From: Hormoscilla sp.
GTDB taxonomy: Bacteria > Cyanobacteriota > Cyanobacteriia > Cyanobacteriales > Desertifilaceae
Assembly: GCA_051439505.1 (NCBI GenBank)
Contig: JBFRWI010000217.1
Coordinates: 1-64,000 of the forward strand
Direction of reading: 5' to 3'
DNA: 64,000 nt
The notes beneath the pieces were generated by a model. It was not told the DNA's origin, searched no databases, and saw only the letters and a program-made list of their open reading frames with translations. A program made the translations under genes and the position numbers. Shown one piece after another: positions 20,861 to 32,141 of the stretch (position 1 is its first letter; the number at the start of each line of letters is the position of its first letter).

Positions 20861-22111
20861 GTGATTAATCAACAATATGTTAGCATACCAACCTGGGAAA
20901 AACGCAAGTCTTACCCAAAGATAGCTTTTTGCTGGATAGGTGGCGCTCGCTATAGCAATCCCCTAGATAAAACTAGCGAGAAAAAATTTCGCGCTCTTCA
21001 GCCATTAGGAGAGTTGTTTATAATCGGCTTTTCTCAAAACATTCTACCGCGCCAGTTTACCGAACACGCTCACTTTTATTTAATGCCCCAGCTACCTTGG
21101 ACGCTGCTGCGCTATGCAGAAATGTTAATTCTCGGAACAACCCTGAGTCTGTGGGTTATTTTCCGACATAGGGTGCAAATTTTGGTGGCTCAAAGCCCCT
21201 ATGAAGGGGTTGCAGCAGCCCTAGCAAAAATGATTGCCCATTGGTTTGGGAGACAGGTTGTATTAGTGGTGGAAAGTCATGGTGATTTTGAAGAAAGTCT
21301 CTTTTTACAAAAGCAGATTCGATTTACGGGCATTTATCGCTTATTGATGAGATATGCTGCGAATTTTACCCTTAACAGTGCTGACTTACTACGCTCAGTG
21401 TCTCATGTTACGGGGCAACAATTACAGCGATGGTTGAGTGACAAGTCAATTGTACAATTTCCTGCCTGGACAGACATAGAAATGTTTTTAAATGTTAGCG
21501 TTCAAAGGAATGAGCATGAATCCCCAAAAATTGTTTATGCTGGCGTGTTGACTTACTTAAAGGGGGTTGCTCATCTAGTCAACGCCTTTGCCAGTATTGC
21601 CCAAGATTTTCCCCAAACCGAGTTAGTTCTTATTGGACGTGAGGATGACAAAGCCTACGCTGACCAGTTGAAAGCGCAAGTCAGTAAATTGCCGCTAGAG
21701 AGTCAGGTTCAATTTATGCCACAACTGGATCAGCCAGAGTTAGCAAAATATATGAGTCAGGCGTCAGTTTTTGTGCTGCCCTCCCTCTCGGAAGGACTTG
21801 GACGAGTCGTTCTAGAGGCGATGGCAACTGGGACACCTGCGATCGCCAGTAATGTGGGTGGGATTCCTGATATGGTGCAGGAAGGCATTAATGGATTTCT
21901 CGTGCCCCCAGGAGATGAAAAAGCATTGGCCGATCGCTTCCGCTGGATGCTAGAACACCCCACTGATGCCAAAGAAATGGGACGCCATGCTCGTGATTTT
22001 GCAGAGCAATTCTTTTCCACAGCAACTTATGTGCAGGGATATCAAAATATTTTTGAGGCCGCACAAAGATTGCTAAATCAAGGAGACATAAATAATGCGT
22101 CTTTTACTTGA
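20861..22111 (+). CDS. Glycosyltransferase family 4
   Basis: FVLPSLSEGLGRVVLEAM, SNVGGIPD. Confidence 0.9.
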   Translation: MINQQYVSIPTWEKRKSYPKIAFCWIGGARYSNPLDKTSEKKFRALQPLGELFIIGFSQNILPRQFTEHAHFYLMPQLPWTLLRYAEMLILGTTLSLWVIFRHRVQILVAQSPYEGVAAALAKMIAHWFGRQVVLVVESHGDFEESLFLQKQIRFTGIYRLLMRYAANFTLNSADLLRSVSHVTGQQLQRWLSDKSIVQFPAWTDIEMFLNVSVQRNEHESPKIVYAGVLTYLKGVAHLVNAFASIAQDFPQTELVLIGREDDKAYADQLKAQVSKLPLESQVQFMPQLDQPELAKYMSQASVFVLPSLSEGLGRVVLEAMATGTPAIASNVGGIPDMVQEGINGFLVPPGDEKALADRFRWMLEHPTDAKEMGRHARDFAEQFFSTATYVQGYQNIFEAAQRLLNQGDINNASFT

Positions 22112-22198
22112 TAACTTGGCTACCGAGGCACAATACTCCTTTTTTGGCTTGACCACGGCTTGGATTTTATTGACTCAAATTTGAGTAGGTACAAATTA

Positions 22199-23299
22199 AT
22201 GGAAAGTCAAATTAAACTTTACGTCAATTCTAGATTAATAGATCGCCAATTAAGCTATAGTCCCCTTTTGTATCCTTTTTGGGGGTCTATCTACAAAGCT
22301 TCTACTCCTTTTATCAGTGCCGTTTGGCAACAGCAATATTTTGATTCTGCTTACTATCAAATTGTAGACAGTCTTGAAGATGCAGATTTTTATTTTATTC
22401 CTCATAATTATTGGTTGCTGCAAAAATACAACCCCAACCTCCTCAAAACTTTCGTCCAAGAAGCGATCGCGCAAGAGCAGCCGATCCTGATAGATGCTTA
22501 TGGAGATTCAACGGCAGAGATTGACGTGAAAAACTCTGTGATTCTGAGGACGAGTCAATATCGATTTAATCTCAAGAATAATGAAATCATTCTCCCAGCA
22601 TATGCGGAAGACTTGCTGCAATCATACTGCAATAATCAGTTAGGGATTCGAGCTAAACCCCAAGTTCCAGTGATTGGATTTTGTGGGTGGGGAAAGCCGA
22701 AATTAACCACTGCGATCGCCAAATTGCCGAAAACAGCTTATATCAATTATCTCTCGATTTTTAATCCCAAAGCTGCTGCTCTCAAAAAAGGACTATTTTT
22801 TCGTGAGTATATTCTGAAAAACCTGAGAAAATTTCCGGATATTCAAACAAATTTTGTGATTAATCAGGTATATTCTGGGTATCTGCTGAACCCCGATATA
22901 AAAAATCAGTTAAGAATGCAGTTTGTTAATAATCTGTTGAATTCTGATTATGTCCTCTGCGTCAAAGGAGATGGCAACTATTCCATGAGATTTTATGAAG
23001 CGTTAAGTTTGGGGAGAATTCCTTTATTTGTAGATACTGAATGCGTCCTCCCCCTTAGCGAACGGATTAATTATCACAGTTTTTGTGTCTTTGTAAGTCA
23101 TCAAGAAATAAAAGATATTGGCAAAAACATCCTAGATTTTCATCAAAATATTGCTCCAGATCGGTTTGTGGAAATGCAAATCAAATCTCGGCATATTTTT
23201 GAAGATTATTTGCGAATTAATAGTTTTACCAAACATCTCGTCCAAATTTTGCAAAAAATCAGGATTGAAAGAAATTCCGATTCTGTAGTCAGAATCTAG
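22199..23299 (+). CDS. Exostosin-like (GT47) protein
   Basis: SDYVLCVKGDGNYSMRFYEALSLGRIPLFV...LPL matches the exostosin C-terminal pattern. Confidence 0.75.
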   Translation: MESQIKLYVNSRLIDRQLSYSPLLYPFWGSIYKASTPFISAVWQQQYFDSAYYQIVDSLEDADFYFIPHNYWLLQKYNPNLLKTFVQEAIAQEQPILIDAYGDSTAEIDVKNSVILRTSQYRFNLKNNEIILPAYAEDLLQSYCNNQLGIRAKPQVPVIGFCGWGKPKLTTAIAKLPKTAYINYLSIFNPKAAALKKGLFFREYILKNLRKFPDIQTNFVINQVYSGYLLNPDIKNQLRMQFVNNLLNSDYVLCVKGDGNYSMRFYEALSLGRIPLFVDTECVLPLSERINYHSFCVFVSHQEIKDIGKNILDFHQNIAPDRFVEMQIKSRHIFEDYLRINSFTKHLVQILQKIRIERNSDSVVRI

Positions 23300-23342
23300 A
23301 GAATTATCGCCAGCTAGCCGGAAAAATTGGAGAAAATCAAAA

Positions 23343-24068
23343 ATGGACTACACCACTTATGCTACCTCAATTTCATTTCGCTTAATTCAACCTAGCCATA
23401 AAATGCCCAGGGGATTTCATAAAACTACCCAATTATTTCAATCTTTGGGGCTTTCTCTGGAGATGGCCAATACAAAAATTCCCGAAAATGAAAGAGAGAT
23501 GAAAAAAAGATTAAGAAAAATTTGTCAGATTCCCAAAATGTCAACATTTGCGATCGCGGCACTGATTAACCAAGGCATAGCGCAAATGCCTGAATCTCAA
23601 GCTTTTGTTAATGTGGGTGTTTGGAACGGATTTACATTTTTAGCGGGTATGGCTAATCATCGCGACAAAAAATGTATAGGAGTTGATAACTTTTCTCAAT
23701 TTGGCGGTCCTAAAGATGATTTTTTGAAACGGTTTTATGAATTAAAAAGCGATCGACATTTTTTTTATGACCTCGACTATGAAGAATATTTTGCGAAAAT
23801 TCATCAAGAGCCAATCGGTTTTTATATATATGATGGGGAACACAGCTATGAAAATCAATTAAAGGGGTTGAAAATCGCGGAACATTTTTTTGCAAAAAAT
23901 TGCCTGGTTTTGGTTGATGATACTCGAAAAAGTGATCCTAAGCAAGCGACTTTAGATTTTATCAGACAAAGCCCACACCAGTACCAAATGATCTTGGATT
24001 GCGCCACTTTTCATAATGGACATCCAACTTTTTGGAATGGCATCATGCTTTTCCAAAAAGTTTCGTAA
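23343..24068 (+). CDS. Class I SAM-dependent methyltransferase (Methyltransf_24-like)
   Basis: VNVGVWNG, GVDNF, YDGEHSYE, VLVDD. Confidence 0.75.
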   Translation: MDYTTYATSISFRLIQPSHKMPRGFHKTTQLFQSLGLSLEMANTKIPENEREMKKRLRKICQIPKMSTFAIAALINQGIAQMPESQAFVNVGVWNGFTFLAGMANHRDKKCIGVDNFSQFGGPKDDFLKRFYELKSDRHFFYDLDYEEYFAKIHQEPIGFYIYDGEHSYENQLKGLKIAEHFFAKNCLVLVDDTRKSDPKQATLDFIRQSPHQYQMILDCATFHNGHPTFWNGIMLFQKVS

Positions 24069-24098
24069 AACGGGAAAAACCATTAAATATTTAAAATT

Positions 24099-25163
24099 AT
24101 GCATATCCTATGGTTTAACTTGGCAACGGATGCTGATGACCCTATTTTAGGGTTTGCCACTCGTTGGATTACAGCTCTGGCAGAGCGGGTAGAATCTATT
24201 GATGTGATTACCATGCGATCGGGCAATATTAAAGTCCCCAAAAATGTCCGGGTTTACTCCGTTGGCAAGGAAAAGGGATATAGCGAACCCCGAAGGGCGA
24301 TCGAGTTCTATCGCATTGTATGGAGGTTACTAGCAGAGCAGCATTATGATGCTTGTTTTGCTCACATGATGCCTCTATTTGCGGTGATGGCCGCGCCTTT
24401 TCTTCGCTTAAAAAAGATTCCTACCGTTTTATGGTACACCCATAAATCTGTAACTCCAATTCTACGTTTAGCTACAGTTTGTGTCGATCGCGTGGTCACG
24501 GCTTCCAAAGAAAGTTTTCGGATTCCCAGTAATAAAGTTAGAGTAATTGGTCATGGAATCGACACAGAACATTTTGTTCCTAAACAATATCGAAGTTCAA
24601 GGCAACGTCCTTTTACAATTCTGACCGTGGGGCGTCTGTCTCCCATCAAACGGGTAGAGTTACTGATTGAAGCGATCGCCTTATTGAGCGAAAAAAAGCC
24701 AGATATGTCTGTTTGCCTAAAAATCGTAGGGGGACCAGCAAGCGAGTCAGACAAACTTTATGAAGCTGAATTAAAGAATAAGGTGGAGCAGTATCAGTTG
24801 CAAGATACAGTGTTTTGGGCGGGAAGTATCCCCTTTCCCCAAGTCGTTGATTACTATCAACAAGCTGACTGCTTTGTGAATCTTTCCGAAACTGGCTCGA
24901 TAGATAAAGCAGTTTTAGAGGCCATGAGTTGTGGTGTTCCTGTTATCGCTAATCCTGCTTTTACCGAGTTACTAGGTACGAAGTTGGCTAAGAATTGGAC
25001 AATTGATTGGGATGTTGAAAAATTGCGCGATCGCCTCTTGCTGTTATCATCCATGACTGAAATTAACCAAAATGAAATGACTACAAACCTGAGAAATATC
25101 GTAGTTAATCATCACAGCATCACTGGATTAGTAGAAAAGTTAATTGAACAATTTGTTACTTGA
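24099..25163 (+). CDS. Glycosyltransferase family 4
   Basis: VGRLSPIKR, SETGSIDKAVLEAM. Confidence 0.9.
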   Translation: MHILWFNLATDADDPILGFATRWITALAERVESIDVITMRSGNIKVPKNVRVYSVGKEKGYSEPRRAIEFYRIVWRLLAEQHYDACFAHMMPLFAVMAAPFLRLKKIPTVLWYTHKSVTPILRLATVCVDRVVTASKESFRIPSNKVRVIGHGIDTEHFVPKQYRSSRQRPFTILTVGRLSPIKRVELLIEAIALLSEKKPDMSVCLKIVGGPASESDKLYEAELKNKVEQYQLQDTVFWAGSIPFPQVVDYYQQADCFVNLSETGSIDKAVLEAMSCGVPVIANPAFTELLGTKLAKNWTIDWDVEKLRDRLLLLSSMTEINQNEMTTNLRNIVVNHHSITGLVEKLIEQFVT

Positions 25164-25194
25164 AAAAATAATCAACATTATTTGAGAGGTTTTT

Positions 25195-25378
25195 ATGAAA
25201 TTTAAAGAAGTTATTTACTGGCTATGGAAAGGCAAGTCGATCGTGTTAGGATGAACTAGATTATTCGCGAACGAGTCAAAATACAGGGTCGGATATTGGA
25301 TTTGGGTGGAGGAGATCGACGGTCATATCGGCCATTGTTAGAATCTCAAGTAACTGAATGGGTCACGGCTGATATTGT
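25195..25378 (+). pseudogene. Truncated methyltransferase relic similar to 32142-32804
   Basis: MKFKEVIYWLWKGKSI, frameshift, RMN*IIRERVKIQGRILDLGGGDRRSY...VTADI; parallels MNYRQVI...GKSVW...MN...VLDLGSG...SY. Confidence 0.65.
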
Positions 25379-25474
25379 GTGCTTATGTACTACTTAACAG
25401 CCCAAAAATCATAAACTAATAAATTAGTGAATCTAATTATATTATTGGCGATAGGTTAGTTGGAGCCATCTATT

Positions 25475-26110
25475 ATGCATCAAAATACTTATTTTAAAAA
25501 CAGCTACGACTACGAAGGTAGATTTGGGTCATATTGGCATCAAATTAATGAGATTTTCACTTTAGTTAATCCTGGAAAAACCATTTTAGAGGTAGGGCCA
25601 GGAAACAATTTTATGAGTCACTATGTATCTCAAAGAAACATTGGAGTTGAAACCTTAGATATCATAACAGAAACAAATCCTACATATGTTGGTACTGTCA
25701 CTCAAATACCTTGTAAAGAAAACCAATTTGATTGCGTATGTGCATTTCAGGTACTAGAACATCAGCCCTTGGAACTGCTTCAACTGAGTTTAATAGAAAT
25801 GTTAAGAGTCTCTAAACAATACCTATTGTTTAGCGTTCCAGATGTGCGTTGGTTTCTGAGTCTGGATCTCAGAATTTTTTCCAGTCGTAATGCGAGCCGA
25901 CAAATTGTCAGTTTTCCTAGACTAACTAACAGAGTCCTGAATGTTCCACAAAGTTCCAAAGACCATCATTGGGAAATCGGACGTCCGGGGTGTTCGTTAG
26001 CAAAAATTTTGAGGAAAATCGCAGCAGTTGAATCTCTCCAGTTACAAAAGCATTACAGAGTTCCTTCAAACCCAATCCACCATCTATTTGTTATCTCAAA
26101 AAAAGTATGA
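25475..26110 (+). CDS. Class I SAM-dependent methyltransferase
   Basis: ILEVGPG, FDCVCAFQVLEH, HHWEIG. Confidence 0.85.
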   Translation: MHQNTYFKNSYDYEGRFGSYWHQINEIFTLVNPGKTILEVGPGNNFMSHYVSQRNIGVETLDIITETNPTYVGTVTQIPCKENQFDCVCAFQVLEHQPLELLQLSLIEMLRVSKQYLLFSVPDVRWFLSLDLRIFSSRNASRQIVSFPRLTNRVLNVPQSSKDHHWEIGRPGCSLAKILRKIAAVESLQLQKHYRVPSNPIHHLFVISKKV

Positions 26111-27315
26111 TTCCCCAACGACTGGTTTACATTGCAAATGCTCGGATGCCAACCGAAAAAGCACACGGTTATCAAATTTGCAAAATGTGCGAAGCCTTCG
26201 CCCAGAACGGTCTGGAGGTGCTACTGGTGCATCCCGATCGCCATCAACCCAATAGCAGTCTGCAAACTACCAGCGTGTTTGATTACTACGGGATTACACC
26301 CACATTTAAGATCCAGACGCTTCCTAATTGGGACGTAGTTCGATTGATTAAATTTATTCCCGATCGAGCTTTTCCGCTGTTCTTTTTTACTCATGCTTTT
26401 TTGTGGGGATTTTATGCTGCCTGGATAGCTGGCCGAGAAAAAGCAGATTTGTACTATACCCGCGACATTACTGTAGCTTTCTGGTTAGTGCGGCTAGGAC
26501 TGCCAACGGTTTACGAAGCTCATGTGGTTCCCAAAAGAGGGCAACGGTTGCTTTTGCGTCAACTCACTCAAACTTCAGCATTGCAGCTTGTGGTCGTACT
26601 GACCTCATTTATCAAAAAAGAATTTGTAGAAATGGGGTTTCCGGCTGAAAAAGTTATCGTTCAGCCTGATGCAGTGGACTTGTCTCTATTTGCCGATTTG
26701 CCAGATAAACAAGAATGCCGAAAACCCCTCGGACTTCCCTTAGATCGTCCGATTATTGGCTATATTGGACGCTTTCGCACGATGGAAATGGAAAAAGGCA
26801 TACCGGAACTGGTAGAGGCAATGGCTCAGTTGCCACCTATCGATGGTAAAGAACCTTTACTGTTGTGCGTGGGTGGACCAATGGAAGCTGTACCCAGTTA
26901 TCTTGATATCGCTCATCGTTTAGGTGTGTCAGAACATCGCCTTCAGTTTGTCGATCGCGTCCCCAATAATCAGGTGCCCCTTTGGATGCGATCGTGTGAT
27001 GTGGTGACAATTCCTTGGCAATGGACGGAGTTTTCTGCTTATTTCACTTCGCCAATGAAACTATTTGAATATATGGCATCTGGAACTCCAATTTTAGCAA
27101 GTGATTTACCTGCAATTCTGGAAATTATCTGCGATCGTCAAAATGGATATGTAGTAAATTTTTCAAACATCAACAAAATCGCCAAATCCTTATTATATTT
27201 GCTGACGAACGATTTATTAAAAAGTCAATTATCTGAGAAAGCAGAACAAGACGTTCAAATGTTTACGTGGAATCATCGTGTTTCCACAATTATCAAAAAA
27301 ATTAATAAATATTAA
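26107..27315 (+). CDS. Glycosyltransferase family 4
   Basis: ARMPTEKAHGYQI, FTSPMKLFEYMASG. Confidence 0.9.
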   Translation: MIPQRLVYIANARMPTEKAHGYQICKMCEAFAQNGLEVLLVHPDRHQPNSSLQTTSVFDYYGITPTFKIQTLPNWDVVRLIKFIPDRAFPLFFFTHAFLWGFYAAWIAGREKADLYYTRDITVAFWLVRLGLPTVYEAHVVPKRGQRLLLRQLTQTSALQLVVVLTSFIKKEFVEMGFPAEKVIVQPDAVDLSLFADLPDKQECRKPLGLPLDRPIIGYIGRFRTMEMEKGIPELVEAMAQLPPIDGKEPLLLCVGGPMEAVPSYLDIAHRLGVSEHRLQFVDRVPNNQVPLWMRSCDVVTIPWQWTEFSAYFTSPMKLFEYMASGTPILASDLPAILEIICDRQNGYVVNFSNINKIAKSLLYLLTNDLLKSQLSEKAEQDVQMFTWNHRVSTIIKKINKY

Positions 27316-27318
27316 ACG

Positions 27319-28656
27319 ATGAATGTTACTGAAGACCTTTGGTTTGAGCTAACCCTAACAGCCGCGATCGGTACGATATTGACTGGCATGAGTGTCGTTT
27401 CTGCCAAAAGAGGCTACAAGATTGATCTGTTTTCACCTCCGATCATCCTGGCTACCACAATGCTGATTCAATATTATGTTCCGGCCTTTGTCTTATCTAT
27501 CAATGATTATTGGTTACTTCCTCATACGAAAAATATCAGTGCGATTATTCTAGATACGATTTTTTTATCAGCGGTTTCCTGGTCATTTTTTTTAATTGGA
27601 TATCATCTTAGTATAGGCAAAAATGTTTGGCTAAACTTTCCCTCTTGTTTTTACAAAAGGTTCGATTTAACCGGGAGTTTTATTTTGGTAATTCTGGGAC
27701 TCATCAGTTCTTTAATCGTTTTAATTAGGAGTGGTGGATTATTAGCCGTATCTAGGGCAGGATCTGTCACCAAAGGTACTGGAATTTTTGTATATTTGAG
27801 TTTATTAATTTTACCTGGGCAGATTAAACTATGGGTAGATAGTAAATATCAGAAACGCTTTTTTGTGATTGTAACTCTGTTATTTTATTTTATATTTTTG
27901 ACGGTTTCGCAAGCAAGAGGAGGAGCTTTAAATTTAATGATTTATTTATTTATTACCTCTTATTATATGTGGAATATACCCAATAAAACCGTCGGAATTT
28001 TAGCGATATTTTTTGCCGTGTTTATCATCGGATTTGGGGCGACGACCAGTTTACTGACCTCTTCGGCTAATTATGCGAGTTTTTGGGATTTTTTGATTCG
28101 GGTTAATTCTTCTATTATGGCGAATATAACCATTACCATTGGCAGAAGTATTTCTCGATTAGAGCAGGTGGCAATTATTATAGAAGTGATCCCATACAAA
28201 ATTCCGTTTTTTATGGGAGAACCGATGCTTATGTCTGTATTTGGACCATTTGGTAAATATATTTATGGAGAAAAATTTTATGATTGGCGAGTCATCTTAA
28301 CAGGTTTAGCTTACTCAGGTAGCGATCGAATATCATCTTACAGTGTTTATTATCAAAGTTTATCTTGGGACTATAACATGGGGGGAACTGCCGTAGGAGA
28401 GTTATATGCCAATTTTGATTGGATTGGGGTTTGGTTTGGCTGGTTATTATTAGGGATTTTAGGCGGAGGTATCTATGAGTGGTTTCAAAATCAAACCGTG
28501 CGGAAAGCTGCTCTTCCGATTTATCTGATGATCTTGCGAGTATTTTGGGGGATGATCGGAGAAGGAATGGCACATATTTTTAATCTGTGGTTATTGCTGC
28601 CCCTGGTGCTGATGTTAGGTTGGGAGGATTCCCGGAAGGCGATGATGAGGAGATAA
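27319..28656 (+). CDS. wzy: Probable Wzy polysaccharide polymerase
   Basis: Multi-TM, AT-rich, large loop, GELYANF motif, located among GT genes. Confidence 0.7.
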   Translation: MNVTEDLWFELTLTAAIGTILTGMSVVSAKRGYKIDLFSPPIILATTMLIQYYVPAFVLSINDYWLLPHTKNISAIILDTIFLSAVSWSFFLIGYHLSIGKNVWLNFPSCFYKRFDLTGSFILVILGLISSLIVLIRSGGLLAVSRAGSVTKGTGIFVYLSLLILPGQIKLWVDSKYQKRFFVIVTLLFYFIFLTVSQARGGALNLMIYLFITSYYMWNIPNKTVGILAIFFAVFIIGFGATTSLLTSSANYASFWDFLIRVNSSIMANITITIGRSISRLEQVAIIIEVIPYKIPFFMGEPMLMSVFGPFGKYIYGEKFYDWRVILTGLAYSGSDRISSYSVYYQSLSWDYNMGGTAVGELYANFDWIGVWFGWLLLGILGGGIYEWFQNQTVRKAALPIYLMILRVFWGMIGEGMAHIFNLWLLLPLVLMLGWEDSRKAMMRR

Positions 28657-28700
28657 ACCCTGATTTATTCAAGTGATATCCATTAAATTGTGCAAGCAAA

Positions 28701-29852
28701 ATGCAAAATTATCCATCAGTTCTTCATATTCAAAAGGTGGCAAATATTGCGGGTTCAGAAAACCACTTGCTGACCTTACTACCCAGGCTAAAAGAATCTG
28801 GATATGAACCGACAATGCTGGTTTTGACCGATCGCCATGACCATCCTAGTTCTTTTTTGAACGAGATGCAATCACTGGGAATACAAACTGAGGTCATGCC
28901 AATCTTAGGGGATCTAAATCCAAGACTTATCAGCCGTTTAGTGAATTTTATTCAACAAAAAAACTATGCGATCGTTCATACCCATTTACTACACGCTGAT
29001 TTATATGGTGCCTTAGCCGCTAGACTCGCTCAAGTCCAGTGGGTGATATCCACCCATCATAACGATGACAAATTCCGGAGACATATTCCTTGGAGGTGGG
29101 CGATAGCTTGGAATATGAAGTTAATGGATCGAGTAATTTGTATTTCTGAAAATGTCAAGCAATTTAGCCAAAAAATTGAACAAATTTCCTCCAATAAAAT
29201 TACAGTGATTCCCTATGGACTCAATCCAGATTCAGTGAAACAAGATCGCAGTTGGCTAGAAAAATTTGGCTGGAGCAATGATGTTCCCGTGCTAGGAATT
29301 GTAGCTCGTCTGACGGAACAAAAAGGACATACAACCTTACTTAAAGCGATGTCTGAAGTGGTTCGGCAATTTCCCACCGTTCAATTAGTCATTATTGGCG
29401 ATGGAGAATTACGTCAAGAACTTCAAGAGTTAGTCAATCAATTAAGCATTGCACAACAAGTGTACTTTCTTGGTTATCGGGAAAATGCCGCTGGGATGAT
29501 GGCAGGATTTGATATATTCGTTCATCCATCTCGATGGGAAGGATTTGGCTTAGTTTTCCTAGAAGCGATGACAGCGAGTTTACCAATTGTGGCCACGCAA
29601 GTTGGTTCTATCCCAGAAATTGTTCGTCAGGGTGAAACAGGATTGTTAGTACCCGTAGACGATCCGACTGCTTTAGCTCATGCCATTTGTCGGCTGTTGA
29701 GCGATCGCACTTTAGCCCGGAAAATGGGTCGAACTGGTCGCGATCGCTTAGAGAAAAATTTTACTGTTGCTGCAATGGTCGAGCGCACTTGCAGGCTGTA
29801 TAAACATCTGGCGTTGCACAACGACGGGATGATGAGGGCTGCTAATTGCTAA
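28701..29852 (+). CDS. Glycosyltransferase family 4
   Basis: VARLTEQKGH, PSRWEGFGLVFLEAM. Confidence 0.92.
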   Translation: MQNYPSVLHIQKVANIAGSENHLLTLLPRLKESGYEPTMLVLTDRHDHPSSFLNEMQSLGIQTEVMPILGDLNPRLISRLVNFIQQKNYAIVHTHLLHADLYGALAARLAQVQWVISTHHNDDKFRRHIPWRWAIAWNMKLMDRVICISENVKQFSQKIEQISSNKITVIPYGLNPDSVKQDRSWLEKFGWSNDVPVLGIVARLTEQKGHTTLLKAMSEVVRQFPTVQLVIIGDGELRQELQELVNQLSIAQQVYFLGYRENAAGMMAGFDIFVHPSRWEGFGLVFLEAMTASLPIVATQVGSIPEIVRQGETGLLVPVDDPTALAHAICRLLSDRTLARKMGRTGRDRLEKNFTVAAMVERTCRLYKHLALHNDGMMRAANC

Positions 29853-30192
29853 TTGTCAATGGCTAATTTAGATAGTCATTTGTAGTCATAAGTATCTATT
29901 TTCTCTTTTTAATTAGCAATTAGCCAGAGCGCCAATTTTAACAATTGGCTGCTATCATCCCAAAATGTGCAACGCAAAACATCTTTTATCTAACCATCAC
30001 TAAACATTATATTCGCCCTCCCTACCCAACCGGGGGTTACTATGGGCATAAGGATTTTAGTGTTTGGAATTTGTACAAATTATTACTGAGTTATTGTTAT
30101 GTTGAATAAATTCGTTATCTCCCCTTTCCATAAGGCGGTGGTTTAACCTTCAAGCACTGTTTACACATCTATTAGGACAAAGTTCACCTACT

Positions 30193-32073
30193 ATGTGCGG
30201 TATTTGTGGTTGGATAAACCAACATCCTTTAATTAATGATAATCGCTCTATCCTAGAGCGCATGAACGCTACTCTAACTCATCGAGGTCCAGATGAAGGT
30301 GGTGCTGTACTGTTGGAAAACGCAGGGTTAGCCATGCGTCGTCTCAGTATCATTGACCTGGCTACGGGACAGCAACCGATCGCCAATGAAAGCGAAACCT
30401 GCTGGATCGTTTTCAACGGCGAAATTTATAACTTCCTAGAACTACGTCAGGAACTGGAAGCGAAAGGCCATTACTTTCGCACCCGCACGGACACGGAAGT
30501 TATTCTCAAAGCTTACGAAGCCTGGGGAACTGAGTGCGTTCATCTCTTGCGAGGGATGTTTGCCTTTGCCATTTACGATCGCCCCAAAAACCAGCTATTT
30601 CTCGCCCGCGATCGGGCCGGTCAAAAACCCCTCTACTACTACCAAGAAGCTAACCGCTTCATTTTCGCCTCAGAAATCAAAGCGCTCCTCGCCCATCGGT
30701 CGGTTCCCCGCCGAGTTAATCGTCCTGTTATCCCCCTCTATTTGGCTTACGGCTATGTGCCTGCGCCGGATACGATGTTTGAAAAAATTTACGAACTCCC
30801 CCCCGGTCACGCCGCGATCGCTCGTTCCGGACAGCTCAGCATTTATCCATACTGGGATGTCAGCTATCCCAGCAACCCCGACAGACAACTGTCAGAATCA
30901 GAAATCATCCCCAAACTGCAAGGACTGCTCAAAGAATCAGTGCGCCTGCGCCTGATTAGTGACGTGCCTTTGGGAGCTTTCCTCAGTGGCGGTGTTGATT
31001 CCACTGCGATCGTCGCCTATATGGCGCAGTTGATGTCCCAACCCGTCCGGACTTTTGCCATTGGCTTTGCTGACGACCCCTCTTTCAACGAATTAGAATA
31101 TGCTCGGATGGCTGCCAATACTTATGGCACCGACCACCACGAGTTTATCGTCCGACCTGATGCTATCGAACTGCTGCCCAAACTTGTCTGGCACTACGAC
31201 CAACCCTTTGCCGACTCTTCAGCTATCCCCACCTATTTGGTATCCCAACTGACTCGCCAGCAAGTCACCGTTGCTCTCACAGGCGATGGGGGGGACGAAC
31301 TGTTTGCCGGGTACGAACGCTTTGCAGCATCCCGGTTAGCTGAAATCTACCGCCGCACTCCCAAGCTATTGCAAACCGCCCTCATTTATCTCCTGCGTAA
31401 CTTACCGGAGTCTACTGGTTACAATAGCTTTGTGCGCCGTACCCGTCGTTTTGTAGAAAGCGCCCCCCTGCCTCTGGCACAACGCTATTTGGGTTGGGTG
31501 GGGATTTTTCAAACCAACTTTATTCGCGAACTGATGGCCGATCGCTTTGAATTAGATCTGGCGAGCCATTTTCAAACTTACCTCGTCGAGCCTGTAAGGG
31601 AATGCAACCCCTTGAGTCAGCTACTTTACGTCAATACGAAAACCTATCTGTCGGGGGATCTACTGGTTAAGAGCGATCGGATGAGTATGGCCAACTCTCT
31701 GGAAGCCCGTTGCCCTTTTCTCGACCATCAACTGATTGAATTTGCCGCCAGCATTCCCGAAAATCTCAAACTCAAAGGACTCGCGACCAAGTACATCCTG
31801 AAGAAAGCCCTAGAAGGAATTGTGCCCTCCCATATTATTCATCGCCAAAAACATGGATTTGGCGTGCCGATCGGTCGTTGGTTCCGGACTGACCTCAAAG
31901 ATTACGTACCAGAGCTCCTCCTTTCTGGAGATTCCCTGAACCGAGGTTATTTCCGACCGGAATTTCTGAGGCAACTCATTGACGAACATCAGAGCGGAAA
32001 ATGCGATCGGGCTCATCAATTGTGGACTTTGCTCACTTTGGAAATTTGGCATCGTCTTTTCATAGATAGCTAG
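30193..32073 (+). CDS. asnB: AsnB-family glutamine amidotransferase, probably modifying the polysaccharide
   Basis: MCGICG Ntn cysteine, HRGPD, LSGGVDS, GDGGDELFAGY. Confidence 0.92.
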   Translation: MCGICGWINQHPLINDNRSILERMNATLTHRGPDEGGAVLLENAGLAMRRLSIIDLATGQQPIANESETCWIVFNGEIYNFLELRQELEAKGHYFRTRTDTEVILKAYEAWGTECVHLLRGMFAFAIYDRPKNQLFLARDRAGQKPLYYYQEANRFIFASEIKALLAHRSVPRRVNRPVIPLYLAYGYVPAPDTMFEKIYELPPGHAAIARSGQLSIYPYWDVSYPSNPDRQLSESEIIPKLQGLLKESVRLRLISDVPLGAFLSGGVDSTAIVAYMAQLMSQPVRTFAIGFADDPSFNELEYARMAANTYGTDHHEFIVRPDAIELLPKLVWHYDQPFADSSAIPTYLVSQLTRQQVTVALTGDGGDELFAGYERFAASRLAEIYRRTPKLLQTALIYLLRNLPESTGYNSFVRRTRRFVESAPLPLAQRYLGWVGIFQTNFIRELMADRFELDLASHFQTYLVEPVRECNPLSQLLYVNTKTYLSGDLLVKSDRMSMANSLEARCPFLDHQLIEFAASIPENLKLKGLATKYILKKALEGIVPSHIIHRQKHGFGVPIGRWFRTDLKDYVPELLLSGDSLNRGYFRPEFLRQLIDEHQSGKCDRAHQLWTLLTLEIWHRLFIDS

Positions 32074-32141
32074 AGCTTGGTCTGTGAAACCGGGTTTCTT
32101 TTGGGGGAAATACCGATATAAAGTTTAGCACCTCACGAGAT

